Assembly: GCA_964584475.1 (NCBI GenBank)
Contig: CAZPAF010000001.1
Span: 22,094-86,093 of the forward strand
Length of the DNA stretch: 64,000 nucleotides
Source: an uncultured Lachnospiraceae bacterium
Lineage (GTDB): Bacteria; Bacillota; Clostridia; TANB77; CAG-508
Reading direction: 5' to 3'
The notes below the pieces were generated by a model. The model was given only the letters and a program-made list of their open reading frames with translations, ran no database searches and was not told where the DNA came from. Made by a program: the position numbers and the translations under genes. Positions 48,297 to 58,139 of this stretch are shown one piece after another (position 1 is the first letter of the stretch; every line of letters begins with the position of its first letter).

Positions 48297-49817
48297 ATGT
48301 TTGAGTTTCCAGACTTAAAATTTGAAAAAAGTTGTAATTACTTAGAAAACCAATTACAACTTCATAATAATAATAAAGAACGTATACTTGATATTATTAA
48401 TAATGCTAATTTAGATTCTAAAGAAGCAAAAAATATCAAGTCTTCATGTTATGCAAATTTTGTTGATGATGCCAATAAAGTTTTAGAAAAAATTTCAAAT
48501 AATATTTCTTCTATAGAATCCCTAAATTCTCAGCTTCAAAATCTAAATGTCGAATTAAATAGTATTGTAGCAGTTGAACCTCCAAAAACAAGAGGTAAAA
48601 AAATATATTTAAAAACTTGTACAGATTTAAAAGATAATTTAATAGCTTACTCAAAAAACTTTGAAGAAATAGAATCAAAATTAAATCTTGATAATATCTA
48701 TTTTACAGAATTTATAAATAAAGCAAATTATTCTTATGTAACACCAATTGAAAAAAAAGAAAATAAAATTGAAAAAAACTTAGAAGATGTAATAGAAAAT
48801 ATTGAATATTCTATTGGACAAGATTTTATAGAAATGATTCAAAATACAACCTCTTTTGAAGTTGAAGACCTTTCTTATAATGAGTCTGAACATAGCCTTA
48901 CTTCATCTCCTATTTTTACAGCAGAAGATTTATCTCCAAAAACTTCAGAAGCAACAATTAATCCTGAACTTGAAATTGATAAACTTTTAAATACAATTAA
49001 TGAATTAAATTCTGGAGATGTTTTAGTCCTATCTTTAGATATACCAGATACTTACTCTGTTTCAGAAAATACTTCGTCAAACAATAATATTGAAGTTAAA
49101 GAAAATATCGAAGTTATTGAATGTATTGAAATTCAAGAAGAATTTGCTGAAGAAATTAGAAGAATTGATAAACTTATAGATAAAGAACTAATTCCAGAAG
49201 TAAAAAATATTGAAGAATTAACTGTACAAAAAGTTCTTGAAGAGACTAAAGAAGAAATAAGTTCTTCTAATACTACAGCCCCTTCAGAAACAACTATAAT
49301 TAAAGAAAAAAGAAAATTAACATTCAAAAAATCTAAAAAGACAAATAATGAAAATTTAACAAAAGATGCTTTTATTGAAAAAGTAGAAAATATAAAAAAT
49401 GCAGTTTCTGATAATAAAACATTAATTATTTCTGAACGTTTAGGTGAAATATATTTACCTTATAAAAAATCAGAATTATTATCATACATTGAAAAAAATC
49501 CTAAAGCTTATAAATCTTTAGAAGATGTTGTAAAACAAGAATTTACTTTACCTTTCCAATTTTTCAGAAATCAATCTTCAAAATTAAGATTTTCAGAAAC
49601 ATACAAACTTCTAAAAAACAAAAATGGTCTAGGTTTTATAAAATCGGTTTCTTATTCATTCAAAATTGCTGCAAAAAGAAATTTAAATCCAGTAATTATA
49701 GCATCATGTAAAAGCAAATTTGAATTAGAAAGCTACATTTATTATCTGGATTCTAACAATTTAAATAACTTTAGATTTTTTGACATAATATATGAAGTAA
49801 ATCCATTAAAAAAATAA
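48297..49817 (+). CDS. Hypothetical 506-aa acidic protein with basic C-terminal domain
   Basis: Long ORF with a Ser/Glu/Asn-rich middle and a conserved-looking C-terminal ~150 aa. No recognisable motif. Confidence 0.55.
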   Translation: MFEFPDLKFEKSCNYLENQLQLHNNNKERILDIINNANLDSKEAKNIKSSCYANFVDDANKVLEKISNNISSIESLNSQLQNLNVELNSIVAVEPPKTRGKKIYLKTCTDLKDNLIAYSKNFEEIESKLNLDNIYFTEFINKANYSYVTPIEKKENKIEKNLEDVIENIEYSIGQDFIEMIQNTTSFEVEDLSYNESEHSLTSSPIFTAEDLSPKTSEATINPELEIDKLLNTINELNSGDVLVLSLDIPDTYSVSENTSSNNNIEVKENIEVIECIEIQEEFAEEIRRIDKLIDKELIPEVKNIEELTVQKVLEETKEEISSSNTTAPSETTIIKEKRKLTFKKSKKTNNENLTKDAFIEKVENIKNAVSDNKTLIISERLGEIYLPYKKSELLSYIEKNPKAYKSLEDVVKQEFTLPFQFFRNQSSKLRFSETYKLLKNKNGLGFIKSVSYSFKIAAKRNLNPVIIASCKSKFELESYIYYLDSNNLNNFRFFDIIYEVNPLKK

Positions 49818-49833
49818 CAATATAATAAAATTT

Positions 49834-49860
49834 AAAAACCTCCATTATTGGAGGTTTTAT
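49834..49860. terminator. Terminator between convergent genes (506-aa ORF and spoIVA)
   Basis: aacctcca-tta-tggaggtt hairpin followed by a T-run. Confidence 0.6.
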
Positions 49861-49875
49861 TCTATTTTTATTTCC

Positions 49876-51354
49876 TTATAATATAATACAAATCAATCCA
49901 CCACTACCCTCATTTACAATTCGTTGTAATGTTTCTTGTAGCTTCATTTGTGCCTCTTCTGGCATTTTTGCAAGTTTATTTTGTAAACCTTCATTTACTA
50001 GCTCATGCAAACTTTTCCCAAAAATATTTGATTTCCAAATTTTCTTAGGATCATTTTCAAATTCTGAAAGCAAATATTTTACAAGTTCTTCTGATTGCTT
50101 TTCACTTCCTACAATAGGAGACACTTCTGTTTCAGTATCTATTTTTATCATATGAATTGAAGGAGCTTTTGCTTTTAGTTTTACTCCATATCTAGAACCT
50201 TGTTTTACAATTTCTGGTTCGTCTAAAATTAAATCTTCAATACTTGGCGTTACAATTCCATATCCTTTTTGATTAACTTCATGAATTGCATAAGCCATTT
50301 TATCATAATCTTTTTTTGTTTTAGCAAATGAAGAAATACAACTAAACAACTCTCCTTCATTTTTTATATCAACTCCAGTTATTTCTGTCAAAATATTATA
50401 AAACAAATTATCATTTAACTCTGCCCTTACACTTACAATTCCTGTTCCTAAATTTATTTCTTCAACACTAGCTCTTTTTATTTCTTCACATTCTTCAAGT
50501 CTTAAATAATTATCTTCTACATCTCTTAGTTTAATTGAATTTGAAAAAGTTTTTTGTACACTTTCAAATAGTTTTAATTTTAAACTATTATTTGCCTCAA
50601 GTCCATCAAGCCATCTTGGAAATTTAACTTCTACTCTTTCTATCATAAATTCATATAATAATTTTGAAAAAATTACATTTATATCATTTATATTTAATTC
50701 TAAACAATTAATTGGAAGAACCGTAGCTCCATATTTTTCTGATAATCTTTTAGCCATTTCTTGTGTATATCCATCATTTGGATTTTGTGAATTCATTAAC
50801 ATTATGAATGGCTTATTAAGTTCTTTTAATTCTTTAACTACTCTTTCTTCTGCTAAAATATATTCTTCTCTTGGAATATCTGTAATTGTTCCATCTGTTG
50901 TTATTATAATTCCTACTGTAGAATGCTCTACAATAACTTTTCTGGTCCCTAGTTCAGCAGCAGTCTCAAATGGCATCTCATTTTCAGACCAAGGCGTCTT
51001 TACCATTCTTGGCATATCATCTTCTAAATAACCTATAGCATTATTTACAAGATATCCAACACAATCTACTAATCTAGTTTTTAATTTTACATTCCCATTT
51101 AAATTAATTTCTACAGCTTCATTTGGTATAAACTTTGGTTCTGTTGTCATAATTGTTCTTCCACTTGCACTTTGCGGAAGTTCATCTACAGCTCTTTCTT
51201 TTTTATATTCATTTTCAATATTAGGTAAAACCAATAATTCCATAAAACGTTTTATAAATGTTGACTTCCCTGTTCTAACTGGACCCACAACCCCTATGTA
51301 TATATCCCCTTCTGTTCTTTTGGCTATATCTTGATAAATTCCAAAACTTTCCAT
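49876..51354 (-). CDS. spoIVA: Stage IV sporulation protein A (spore coat morphogenetic ATPase)
   Basis: GVVGPVRTGKSTFIKRFME Walker A, 492 aa, C-terminal ...GSGGLICIIL typical of SpoIVA. Confidence 0.95.
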   Translation of the reverse strand: MESFGIYQDIAKRTEGDIYIGVVGPVRTGKSTFIKRFMELLVLPNIENEYKKERAVDELPQSASGRTIMTTEPKFIPNEAVEINLNGNVKLKTRLVDCVGYLVNNAIGYLEDDMPRMVKTPWSENEMPFETAAELGTRKVIVEHSTVGIIITTDGTITDIPREEYILAEERVVKELKELNKPFIMLMNSQNPNDGYTQEMAKRLSEKYGATVLPINCLELNINDINVIFSKLLYEFMIERVEVKFPRWLDGLEANNSLKLKLFESVQKTFSNSIKLRDVEDNYLRLEECEEIKRASVEEINLGTGIVSVRAELNDNLFYNILTEITGVDIKNEGELFSCISSFAKTKKDYDKMAYAIHEVNQKGYGIVTPSIEDLILDEPEIVKQGSRYGVKLKAKAPSIHMIKIDTETEVSPIVGSEKQSEELVKYLLSEFENDPKKIWKSNIFGKSLHELVNEGLQNKLAKMPEEAQMKLQETLQRIVNEGSGGLICIIL

Positions 51355-51426
51355 AAAAAAATACCCCCTATAAATTGTACAGCTTTACTAATTTATATTA
51401 GGGTATTTTTATTTTATGACATTTTT

Positions 51427-52164
51427 TTAAATACTATTTCCTATATTAACAAACAAATAATATTCTCCAGAAGTTTTATCTATATTTTGAATATTGTTTT
51501 TGAAAACATCGATTTGGTTTATTGAGTTTATATTATTAGAATTTTGAACTTTAGTATCGAAATTACTCAAGTTGCTTTCATCATCATTCCAAATCATCAT
51601 ATACTCATTATTTCCATTTAAATTAGATTCTCCTATAATAGAAAATTTATTTTGAGTATAAGTTTTATTTTTTACAATATCTTTATTTTCTTCTGAAAAT
51701 TTTTGATGTGCTAAACATTTCCAATAAGTATTGTCTTTGTAATAATATATCTGGTAATCCAAATTATCTATATAAAATGTAGACGAATATAATTTGTAAT
51801 CATTAAATCCAACTTTTTTATATTTTAAATCTTCATCAATATCTACAAGAATATCATTTTTAAAAACATAAGACATACCAATACCACATTGATATATTTT
51901 ATTGTTTATTTTTAAATAACTTCCAGTTCCAACAACATCAAATTGATTAATATTATAAATTGGTATTAATTCATTATTCTCTGCGAATTCTATATCTTTA
52001 GCTGTATCAATATTTTTCGAATATATCTCTTCCAATTCCAAATTCTTATATTCTTCTAATTGCATTTTATTTCTTATACCAATATATATACTTAAAACAA
52101 ACACTAATAAAAATAGCATTCCAAACAGTACATATAAAGATATTAGACCTTTTTCATTTTTCAT
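51427..52164 (-). CDS. Membrane-anchored hypothetical protein (pseudopilin-like N-terminus?)
   Basis: 245 aa. MKNEKG/LISLYVLFGMLFLLVFVLSIYIG, then a soluble Asn/Tyr-rich domain. Confidence 0.5.
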   Translation of the reverse strand: MKNEKGLISLYVLFGMLFLLVFVLSIYIGIRNKMQLEEYKNLELEEIYSKNIDTAKDIEFAENNELIPIYNINQFDVVGTGSYLKINNKIYQCGIGMSYVFKNDILVDIDEDLKYKKVGFNDYKLYSSTFYIDNLDYQIYYYKDNTYWKCLAHQKFSEENKDIVKNKTYTQNKFSIIGESNLNGNNEYMMIWNDDESNLSNFDTKVQNSNNINSINQIDVFKNNIQNIDKTSGEYYLFVNIGNSI

Positions 52165-52217
52165 AACAAATCCTTATTTTTAAAATTTTATTTATTATAT
52201 CACACTTAAATTTAATT

Positions 52218-52247
52218 GCATAATTTTTTTAAAATTTATTAATACTA
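52218..52247 (+). promoter_or_regulatory. Sigma-G-like forespore promoter upstream of the ger operon
   Basis: GCATA-18 nt-AATACTA compared with the consensus GHATR-N18-CATXHTA: one mismatch in the -10 element. Confidence 0.35.
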
Positions 52248-52280
52248 GTTTTAAACAAATTTATTAATAATGGAGATTTT

Positions 52281-53954
52281 ATGATAAAAGATCTTTACAA
52301 CAAACTTTTTAAATATGAACCAAAAGAGAATTATAATTTTATTCTTCCAAATAATTCCAACAATATTGATGAAAAAGAATTTGAAAATACAGATACAGAA
52401 ATTGTCGCTTCAAAATTAAATGAAAATCTAGAGTATTTAAAAGTCAAATATAATATGCTTATAAATAGTGATATTAAAATTAGAGATTTTTCTTTAAATA
52501 TTCAAGGAAAAAAACTTTCAGCTTTTATTTTATATATTGATGGAATGATAAGTTCTAAAGAAATTAATGATTATGTTCTTAAGCCACTACTTTTAAAAAA
52601 CTCTATAAAAATGAAAGAAGATCAAAAAGAATTATTAAACTCTCAAAAAACTAAATTTACAAAATTTAATTTAGAAAATTTCTTGTATTCTAGTCTAATA
52701 CCTCAAAATAGTGTTAACAAAGAAACAGAATTTAAAGAAATAATTTCTAATGTTAATTCTGGATTTTGTGCACTTTTTGTAGATTCACTCCCTTGCGCTT
52801 TATGTATAGAAGCAAAAGGATATCCAACAAGAAGCGTAAGTAAACCAATTACTGAAGAAGTTGTAAAAGGATCTCATGTTGGGTTTGTGGAAAATTTAAG
52901 AACAAATACTTCTATGATTAGAAAAATTGTTAATAACGAAAGACTTATTATAGAAGAACTAACAATAGGAGAACTCAACAAAACACAAATAGCAATTTGT
53001 TATTTAAATCATATAACAAATGATGATTTAGTATCTGAAATAAAGTATAGATTAAATAATTTAAAAATAGATTATTTATTATCTTCTGGTCAATTAGAAC
53101 AATTTATTAAAGATAATAGTACAACTGCATTTCCTCAAAGTATTTCAACTGAAAGACCAGATAAAGCTTGTAATTATCTAATGCTTGGTAGAGTTATTGT
53201 TTTAATAAATGGTTCACCATTTTCAATTATTTTACCTGCATCTTTAATTGATTTTTTAACTTCTCCTGAAGATTTTAATTTAAATTATCATTATGCAAAT
53301 TTTTTAAGAATTTTAAGAGCTATAGCTCTTGTATGTGCTCTTTTAGTTCCAGGAATGTATGTTGCAATTACAATGTTTCATTATGAACTTATTCCTTCTG
53401 AACTTTTATTTGCTATTGTTGCATCACGCGAGGCAATTCCATTTCCAATTATTTTTGAAATAATTATTATGGAAATTTGTTTTGAATTAATTCAAGAAGC
53501 AAGTATTCGTGTCCCCTCTTCTTTTAGTACAACTGTCGGTATAATTGGAGCTTTAATCTTGGGAGATGCAGCAATATCTGCAAATATTGTTAGTCCAATT
53601 TTAATAATAATAGTTGCGTTTTCGGGAATCTGCGCCTTTACAATACCAGACAATACTCTTAGATTTGCAATTAGAATGTTTAGATTTATGTATATTATTT
53701 TAGGATATATTTCTGGTTTTTTAGGAATAGCTTTAGGATTTTTTATACATTTTTTAATACTCGCAAATCAAAGTTCTTTTGGTGTGCCATTCTTTAATCC
53801 TTATATTCCTTATAATACAATTTCTGAAAATGATAATTTATTTATGAATCCGGTTTGGAAAAGAGAAAAAAGAAGTAAAATTTTAAACACCAAAAAGCCA
53901 AATCTTGAAGAACATATTAGTATGAAATGGAGGAAAAATGGAAAACAATTATAA
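52281..53954 (+). CDS. Spore germination receptor, GerA-family A subunit
   Basis: 557 aa. The soluble N-terminal half is followed by 5-6 TM segments. Layout and blocks (PTRSVSKPITEEVVKGSHVGFVENLRTN) are typical of GerAA/GerKA. Confidence 0.9.
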   Translation: MIKDLYNKLFKYEPKENYNFILPNNSNNIDEKEFENTDTEIVASKLNENLEYLKVKYNMLINSDIKIRDFSLNIQGKKLSAFILYIDGMISSKEINDYVLKPLLLKNSIKMKEDQKELLNSQKTKFTKFNLENFLYSSLIPQNSVNKETEFKEIISNVNSGFCALFVDSLPCALCIEAKGYPTRSVSKPITEEVVKGSHVGFVENLRTNTSMIRKIVNNERLIIEELTIGELNKTQIAICYLNHITNDDLVSEIKYRLNNLKIDYLLSSGQLEQFIKDNSTTAFPQSISTERPDKACNYLMLGRVIVLINGSPFSIILPASLIDFLTSPEDFNLNYHYANFLRILRAIALVCALLVPGMYVAITMFHYELIPSELLFAIVASREAIPFPIIFEIIIMEICFELIQEASIRVPSSFSTTVGIIGALILGDAAISANIVSPILIIIVAFSGICAFTIPDNTLRFAIRMFRFMYIILGYISGFLGIALGFFIHFLILANQSSFGVPFFNPYIPYNTISENDNLFMNPVWKREKRSKILNTKKPNLEEHISMKWRKNGKQL

Positions 53955-55029
53955 ACTTGAAAAAATCGAAGCAATTGCCATAATATTAATTGTTATGATA
54001 AATAAATTAATTTTAAATATTCCATATTATATAGTAAAACTTGTTGGTAGTGGAGCAATTATAAATTTATTATATATTGGTATAATTGATTTTTTAGTAC
54101 TTTTAATAGTTATTAGATTGTTTAAAAATTTTGAAACTGCTGATATATTAGATATCTCAGAATATCTTGGTGGAAAACCATTTAAGAACCTAATTGGATT
54201 TTTAAGTATAGGTCTTTTCTTTTTAGTTGCATTTATAACTTTAATTGATTTTTCAAATGTTCTGCACACTATATATTTTTCAAATTTTCCAATGGCATAT
54301 ATTTTATTTTTCTTTATTTTTGGAGTCTTAATAGCAAACCTTATTGGCTTAAAAGGAATTTCAAGAACAATTTGTTTTATTATTCCTTTTGCCATAATAA
54401 GTGTTATTATCACATTTTTTACTTCTTTTGAAAATTTAGATATAAAAGACTTAACTCCTTTTTTCGGAAAAAGTTATAATGCTACGTTTATTACTGGTTT
54501 AAGTAATTGCTTTGCCATGTATATTCTTGTCATATACTACTTTTTAAAACCTCTTTTAAAAGATGTTAGAGAATTTAAGAAAATATCCATAACTTCTTAT
54601 TTAATGTCTTTTATTTTACTTATATTAACAATAGTTCCAATGCTTACATTATTTAATACTAGTTCTAATAGTGAACCTATAAATTCTTTGTTCTTGTTAT
54701 CTAGACAAATAGAACTTGGTAGATTTTTGCAAAGAATAGATGCATTGTTTATATTTCTATGGATATTTGCTATATTTTCATATTTGAGCTTTATAATATT
54801 TATGATAAATAGAATTATAAAAAAAATAATACCAATTTCTAATGAAAAAATGCTATCTTATTCTACTTGTAGTCTATTACTTGGTTTTTCTTTAATACCA
54901 ATAAATATATCTCATATTCATTTTATAGAAGATACATTGTATAGATATCTAATTATAGGTTTTGCTTTTATCTTTGGAATTATAATCCTTATACTTGCGA
55001 ATCTAAAAAAAATTAAACAAAAAAATTAA
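53938..55029 (+). CDS. Spore germination receptor, B subunit (APC-type permease-like)
   Basis: 363 aa with about 10 TM segments. It overlaps the A subunit by 17 nt. GGAGG RBS. Confidence 0.85.
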   Translation: MENNYKLEKIEAIAIILIVMINKLILNIPYYIVKLVGSGAIINLLYIGIIDFLVLLIVIRLFKNFETADILDISEYLGGKPFKNLIGFLSIGLFFLVAFITLIDFSNVLHTIYFSNFPMAYILFFFIFGVLIANLIGLKGISRTICFIIPFAIISVIITFFTSFENLDIKDLTPFFGKSYNATFITGLSNCFAMYILVIYYFLKPLLKDVREFKKISITSYLMSFILLILTIVPMLTLFNTSSNSEPINSLFLLSRQIELGRFLQRIDALFIFLWIFAIFSYLSFIIFMINRIIKKIIPISNEKMLSYSTCSLLLGFSLIPINISHIHFIEDTLYRYLIIGFAFIFGIIILILANLKKIKQKN

Positions 55030-55055
55030 TCTATCAAATAAACGAAAGGTATTTT

Positions 55056-56198
55056 ATGTTTAGAAAAAAAATCATATTACTAATATTAATAATTATCATT
55101 CTATTTTCTTTCACAGGTTGTTATAATACAACAGGTATTGATAGACAATATTTTGTTGTATCTTTTGGAATTGATCTAATAGAAAATGATTTAATAAAAT
55201 TCACACTTCAAATTCCATCTTCAAATTCTGGAGGCTCTGAAAGTTCTGGTTCTGCTCAAGCTAGTAGTTATCAATTATATTCTGTTGAAGGAGAAACAAT
55301 TGATGAATGTATTTCTATCCTTAATAATTATTTAAATAAAAAAATCAATTTTTCACATTGTTCTGCGCTTATTTTATCTGAAGAAATAGCCAAAAAAGGA
55401 ATTGAACCATTTATAAATACACTTACTAATAATACAGAACTCAGACATAGTTGTGAAATTATAATAAGCAGTAGTACAGCATTAGAAGTTTTAGAAAAAG
55501 TTTCTAATTCTGGTGAAATTTTTTCTGCAAGACTTTTTGATTATTTATCAACTAGTTCTCAATATACAGGATATACTATTCAATCCACTTTTGGTGATTT
55601 CTTTCAAGCTTTAGATAATGATTATTATAATCCAAGTTGTATATATGTTTCTGTAAACAATGATACTGTTCAAACGAACGGAATTGCTCTTTTTAATAAA
55701 TCTATAATGATTGGACATATTGATGTTTCAAATTCAATCTCTCATTTAATCGTCACAAATGACTTAGACACTTGTACAATAACTATTGAAAATCCTTTCG
55801 AAGAAAACCAAAAGCTGGATTTAGATGTATCTTTATATAAAAATACAGAAATAGAAATTGATGTTATAAATGGCTCACCACTTATTTCTCTAACAGTTTA
55901 TCCAGAAGGAACTATTAGAAGTTCTGGTAGTATTTTTAATTACATTGATAACAACAATATTACCAGTGTAGAACATGCAACAACAAATTATCTTGAAAAA
56001 ATTCTTAAAGATTATTTGTATACCATTTCAAAAAAATATAATTCAGATATTGTGGGATTTAAAGGAATTTATCAATCTACTTTTCCAACAAAAGAAGAAT
56101 TTGATAAAGTTCATTGGGATGAAATTTTCCAAGACTCATATTTTAAAATTAATTTAAAAACAAAAATAAATTCAAGTAATTTATTTAATAAAGAATAA
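55056..56198 (+). CDS. Spore germination receptor, C subunit lipoprotein (Ger(x)C family)
   Basis: Lipobox LFSFTGC. 380 aa with Ger(x)C-like length and position. Confidence 0.85.
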   Translation: MFRKKIILLILIIIILFSFTGCYNTTGIDRQYFVVSFGIDLIENDLIKFTLQIPSSNSGGSESSGSAQASSYQLYSVEGETIDECISILNNYLNKKINFSHCSALILSEEIAKKGIEPFINTLTNNTELRHSCEIIISSSTALEVLEKVSNSGEIFSARLFDYLSTSSQYTGYTIQSTFGDFFQALDNDYYNPSCIYVSVNNDTVQTNGIALFNKSIMIGHIDVSNSISHLIVTNDLDTCTITIENPFEENQKLDLDVSLYKNTEIEIDVINGSPLISLTVYPEGTIRSSGSIFNYIDNNNITSVEHATTNYLEKILKDYLYTISKKYNSDIVGFKGIYQSTFPTKEEFDKVHWDEIFQDSYFKINLKTKINSSNLFNKE

Positions 56199-56227
56199 TA
56201 AAAATAAATATCTTTAAAAGGAGTTTT

Positions 56228-56542
56228 ATGAAATATTTTAGTATATTTTTTATAATTTATCTTTTCTTAAAAAGTTTTAATTATGCTATTTTTGAATTAA
56301 ATGAAAAAAGAAACATTCCTGGTCGGAATGTTTCTTATCTTACTTTCTTTAATAAGTTTAGTTTTTCCTTTAATATTATTGTTTACAATATATTAATTTT
56401 TAAATTTATATATTATCTATCAGTTGTTTCTGCTGTTTCGATATTATATAACTCTACTCTAAATTTATTTGTTTTTTCTTTTAAATCTGCTATTTGTTCA
56501 AATACCAAGTCAATGTTTTCTAATTCATCATATGTTATATAA
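56228..56542 (+). CDS. Possible small two-TM protein downstream of gerC (D-subunit-like?); 3' extent doubtful
   Basis: AAAGGAG RBS 6 nt before the ATG. Two hydrophobic segments lie in the first ~65 aa. The last 130 nt overlap the convergent ORF at 56413-56730 and look like AT-rich read-through. Confidence 0.3.
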   Translation: MKYFSIFFIIYLFLKSFNYAIFELNEKRNIPGRNVSYLTFFNKFSFSFNIIVYNILIFKFIYYLSVVSAVSILYNSTLNLFVFSFKSAICSNTKSMFSNSSYVI

Positions 56543-56730
56543 AATTCATCTTCTGTTTCTAAAAAAATTGCTATAGATTGAGTTCCTTCTCCAGTATATG
56601 CTTTTTGCACAAGCTTAATCAAATGAACAGGAATTTCTATCTCATTTTTCTTTAATTCAAAAGATAAAAACTTATTTCTATATTCTATTATTTTTATAAT
56701 TTCATCATTTACAATAATTTCTTTTTTCAT
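56413..56730 (-). CDS. Hypothetical 105-aa cytoplasmic protein
   Basis: AGGAGA RBS. Balanced, charged composition. No recognisable motif. Confidence 0.55.
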   Translation of the reverse strand: MKKEIIVNDEIIKIIEYRNKFLSFELKKNEIEIPVHLIKLVQKAYTGEGTQSIAIFLETEDEFYITYDELENIDLVFEQIADLKEKTNKFRVELYNIETAETTDR

Positions 56731-56822
56731 TTATTTTCTCCTATGTGTATTTTATTTAACAATTTCTTCTTAATTATTATATCTATAACAAAATAACTTT
56801 TCAATATTTTTTTAAATTACAC

Positions 56823-56851
56823 TTGAATTATAAATTATTATATGCTAAAAT
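56823..56851 (+). promoter_or_regulatory. Promoter of tRNA-Trp
   Basis: TTGAAT-17 nt-TAAAAT with an extended -10 TGc. It lies 20 nt upstream of the tRNA 5' end. Confidence 0.55.
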
Positions 56852-56870
56852 TACTATTGTCAATTTACTT

Positions 56871-56945
56871 AGGGGTATAGTGTTAATGGTAGCACATCGG
56901 TCTCCAAAACCGCTTGTGTGGGTTCGAATCCTACTACCCCTGCCA
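56871..56945 (+). tRNA. trnW: tRNA-Trp (anticodon CCA), CCA end encoded
   Basis: Acceptor stem AGGGGTA/TACCCCT. Anticodon loop CTCCAAA. T-loop GGTTCGAATCC. 3' GCCA. Closely resembles Firmicute tRNA-Trp. Confidence 0.9.
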
Positions 56946-56986
56946 AAAAAGCTGTACGTAACTTAAGTTAGATACAGCTTTTTTAT
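56945..56986. terminator. Long hairpin terminator shared by tRNA-Trp and the convergent 370-aa gene
   Basis: aaagctgta...tacagcttt stem with an internal palindrome taacttaagtta, followed by TTTTATT. Confidence 0.65.
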
Positions 56987-56988
56987 TA

Positions 56989-58101
56989 TTAAAAACATTC
57001 TTTTTCACTACTTATAGATAAAATTTTAAAATCAGCAGGAGCTCTATCTTCATTTTTTACTAATTCAATTGTTCTTTCATATACTGGTTTTTGACCATAT
57101 TCATCACAAAATTCTAATTCTGATTGTTCTCCTTGTAACCAATATGTATAAGTAATTTTATACTTACCATTTGAATATTCTATATTTTTTATATCTATTA
57201 CATCAACACCGGTATATCCACATCCAGCATCTATCAGTGCATAATATTTTTTTCCGTCTTTTTCTAAAATCTCATATGCATCACTTTTTTTATTTTCTAT
57301 ATAACATCCATTAAAAGATTCTATTACATTGTCGACAGAATCTACTAAATATCCTGTGTTATATCCTGCTGATATATCTTCTCCCCATAAGAATTCTTCT
57401 GTTTCTATAGAATTATACTTCCATTCTTCATAATTATAATCCAAAAGTAATGCTATATCTATTAAATCTTCTGTATCTGAAGTTGTTTTCATTCTTGAAA
57501 CATCATTCAAAAATCTTTTTAATTCTTTTTCTGATAAAACTTCAAATTCATCATCATAATCACATTCAAAATTATTATAAGTTGTATTAATATCTATACT
57601 CTCTAATAATTTGTTATTTTTATTATAAAGTTCAAATATTAAATTAGCATTATCTTTTTCATAATTTTCAAGTTCGAAAGATATTCCTGTTGTTAACTCA
57701 TAATATTTTTCTTCTTTATATTCTTCATATAATTTTCCAACATCTTCTGATTCATATATAATATTATTATTTACATCACGAATTTTACATTTTAAAGGAA
57801 ATTTTTCTTCAAAATGTTCAAAATCAATTTCCATTATCATAAATAATTCTGCGGAACTATCTTTTACCACCAAATCTGTTGGTTTTATATTAATTTGATC
57901 ATCTATTTTCACAGTTGGTTCTTTAAGTAAAAAATTTATATATCTATCACCTTCAAATATACTTACTTCATTTTTTGAAATATTATTACTAGTCTCAAAA
58001 CCTGTATATTTTACAATTTCTATTACTACCAACGACGTTATTGCTACAACTGCAAAAATAATTAATATAAATGATATTATATTAAATTTAATTTCTTTCA
58101 T
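56989..58101 (-). CDS. Membrane-anchored extracytoplasmic hypothetical protein
   Basis: 370 aa with one N-terminal TM (IISFILIIFAVVAITSLVVIEIV) and an acidic Asn/Glu/Tyr-rich ectodomain. GGAGA RBS. Confidence 0.55.
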   Translation of the reverse strand: MKEIKFNIISFILIIFAVVAITSLVVIEIVKYTGFETSNNISKNEVSIFEGDRYINFLLKEPTVKIDDQINIKPTDLVVKDSSAELFMIMEIDFEHFEEKFPLKCKIRDVNNNIIYESEDVGKLYEEYKEEKYYELTTGISFELENYEKDNANLIFELYNKNNKLLESIDINTTYNNFECDYDDEFEVLSEKELKRFLNDVSRMKTTSDTEDLIDIALLLDYNYEEWKYNSIETEEFLWGEDISAGYNTGYLVDSVDNVIESFNGCYIENKKSDAYEILEKDGKKYYALIDAGCGYTGVDVIDIKNIEYSNGKYKITYTYWLQGEQSELEFCDEYGQKPVYERTIELVKNEDRAPADFKILSISSEKECF

Positions 58102-58139
58102 TTTTATCTCCTTTGTATAAAATCCATTTTATTTCTTTG

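Noticed and set aside
51355-51426. Sigma-E promoter for spoIVA
   Set aside because: The 72-nt spacer contains ATA-rich segments, but I could not align a convincing -35 ATA / -10 CATACA-T pair by eye, so I did not annotate it.
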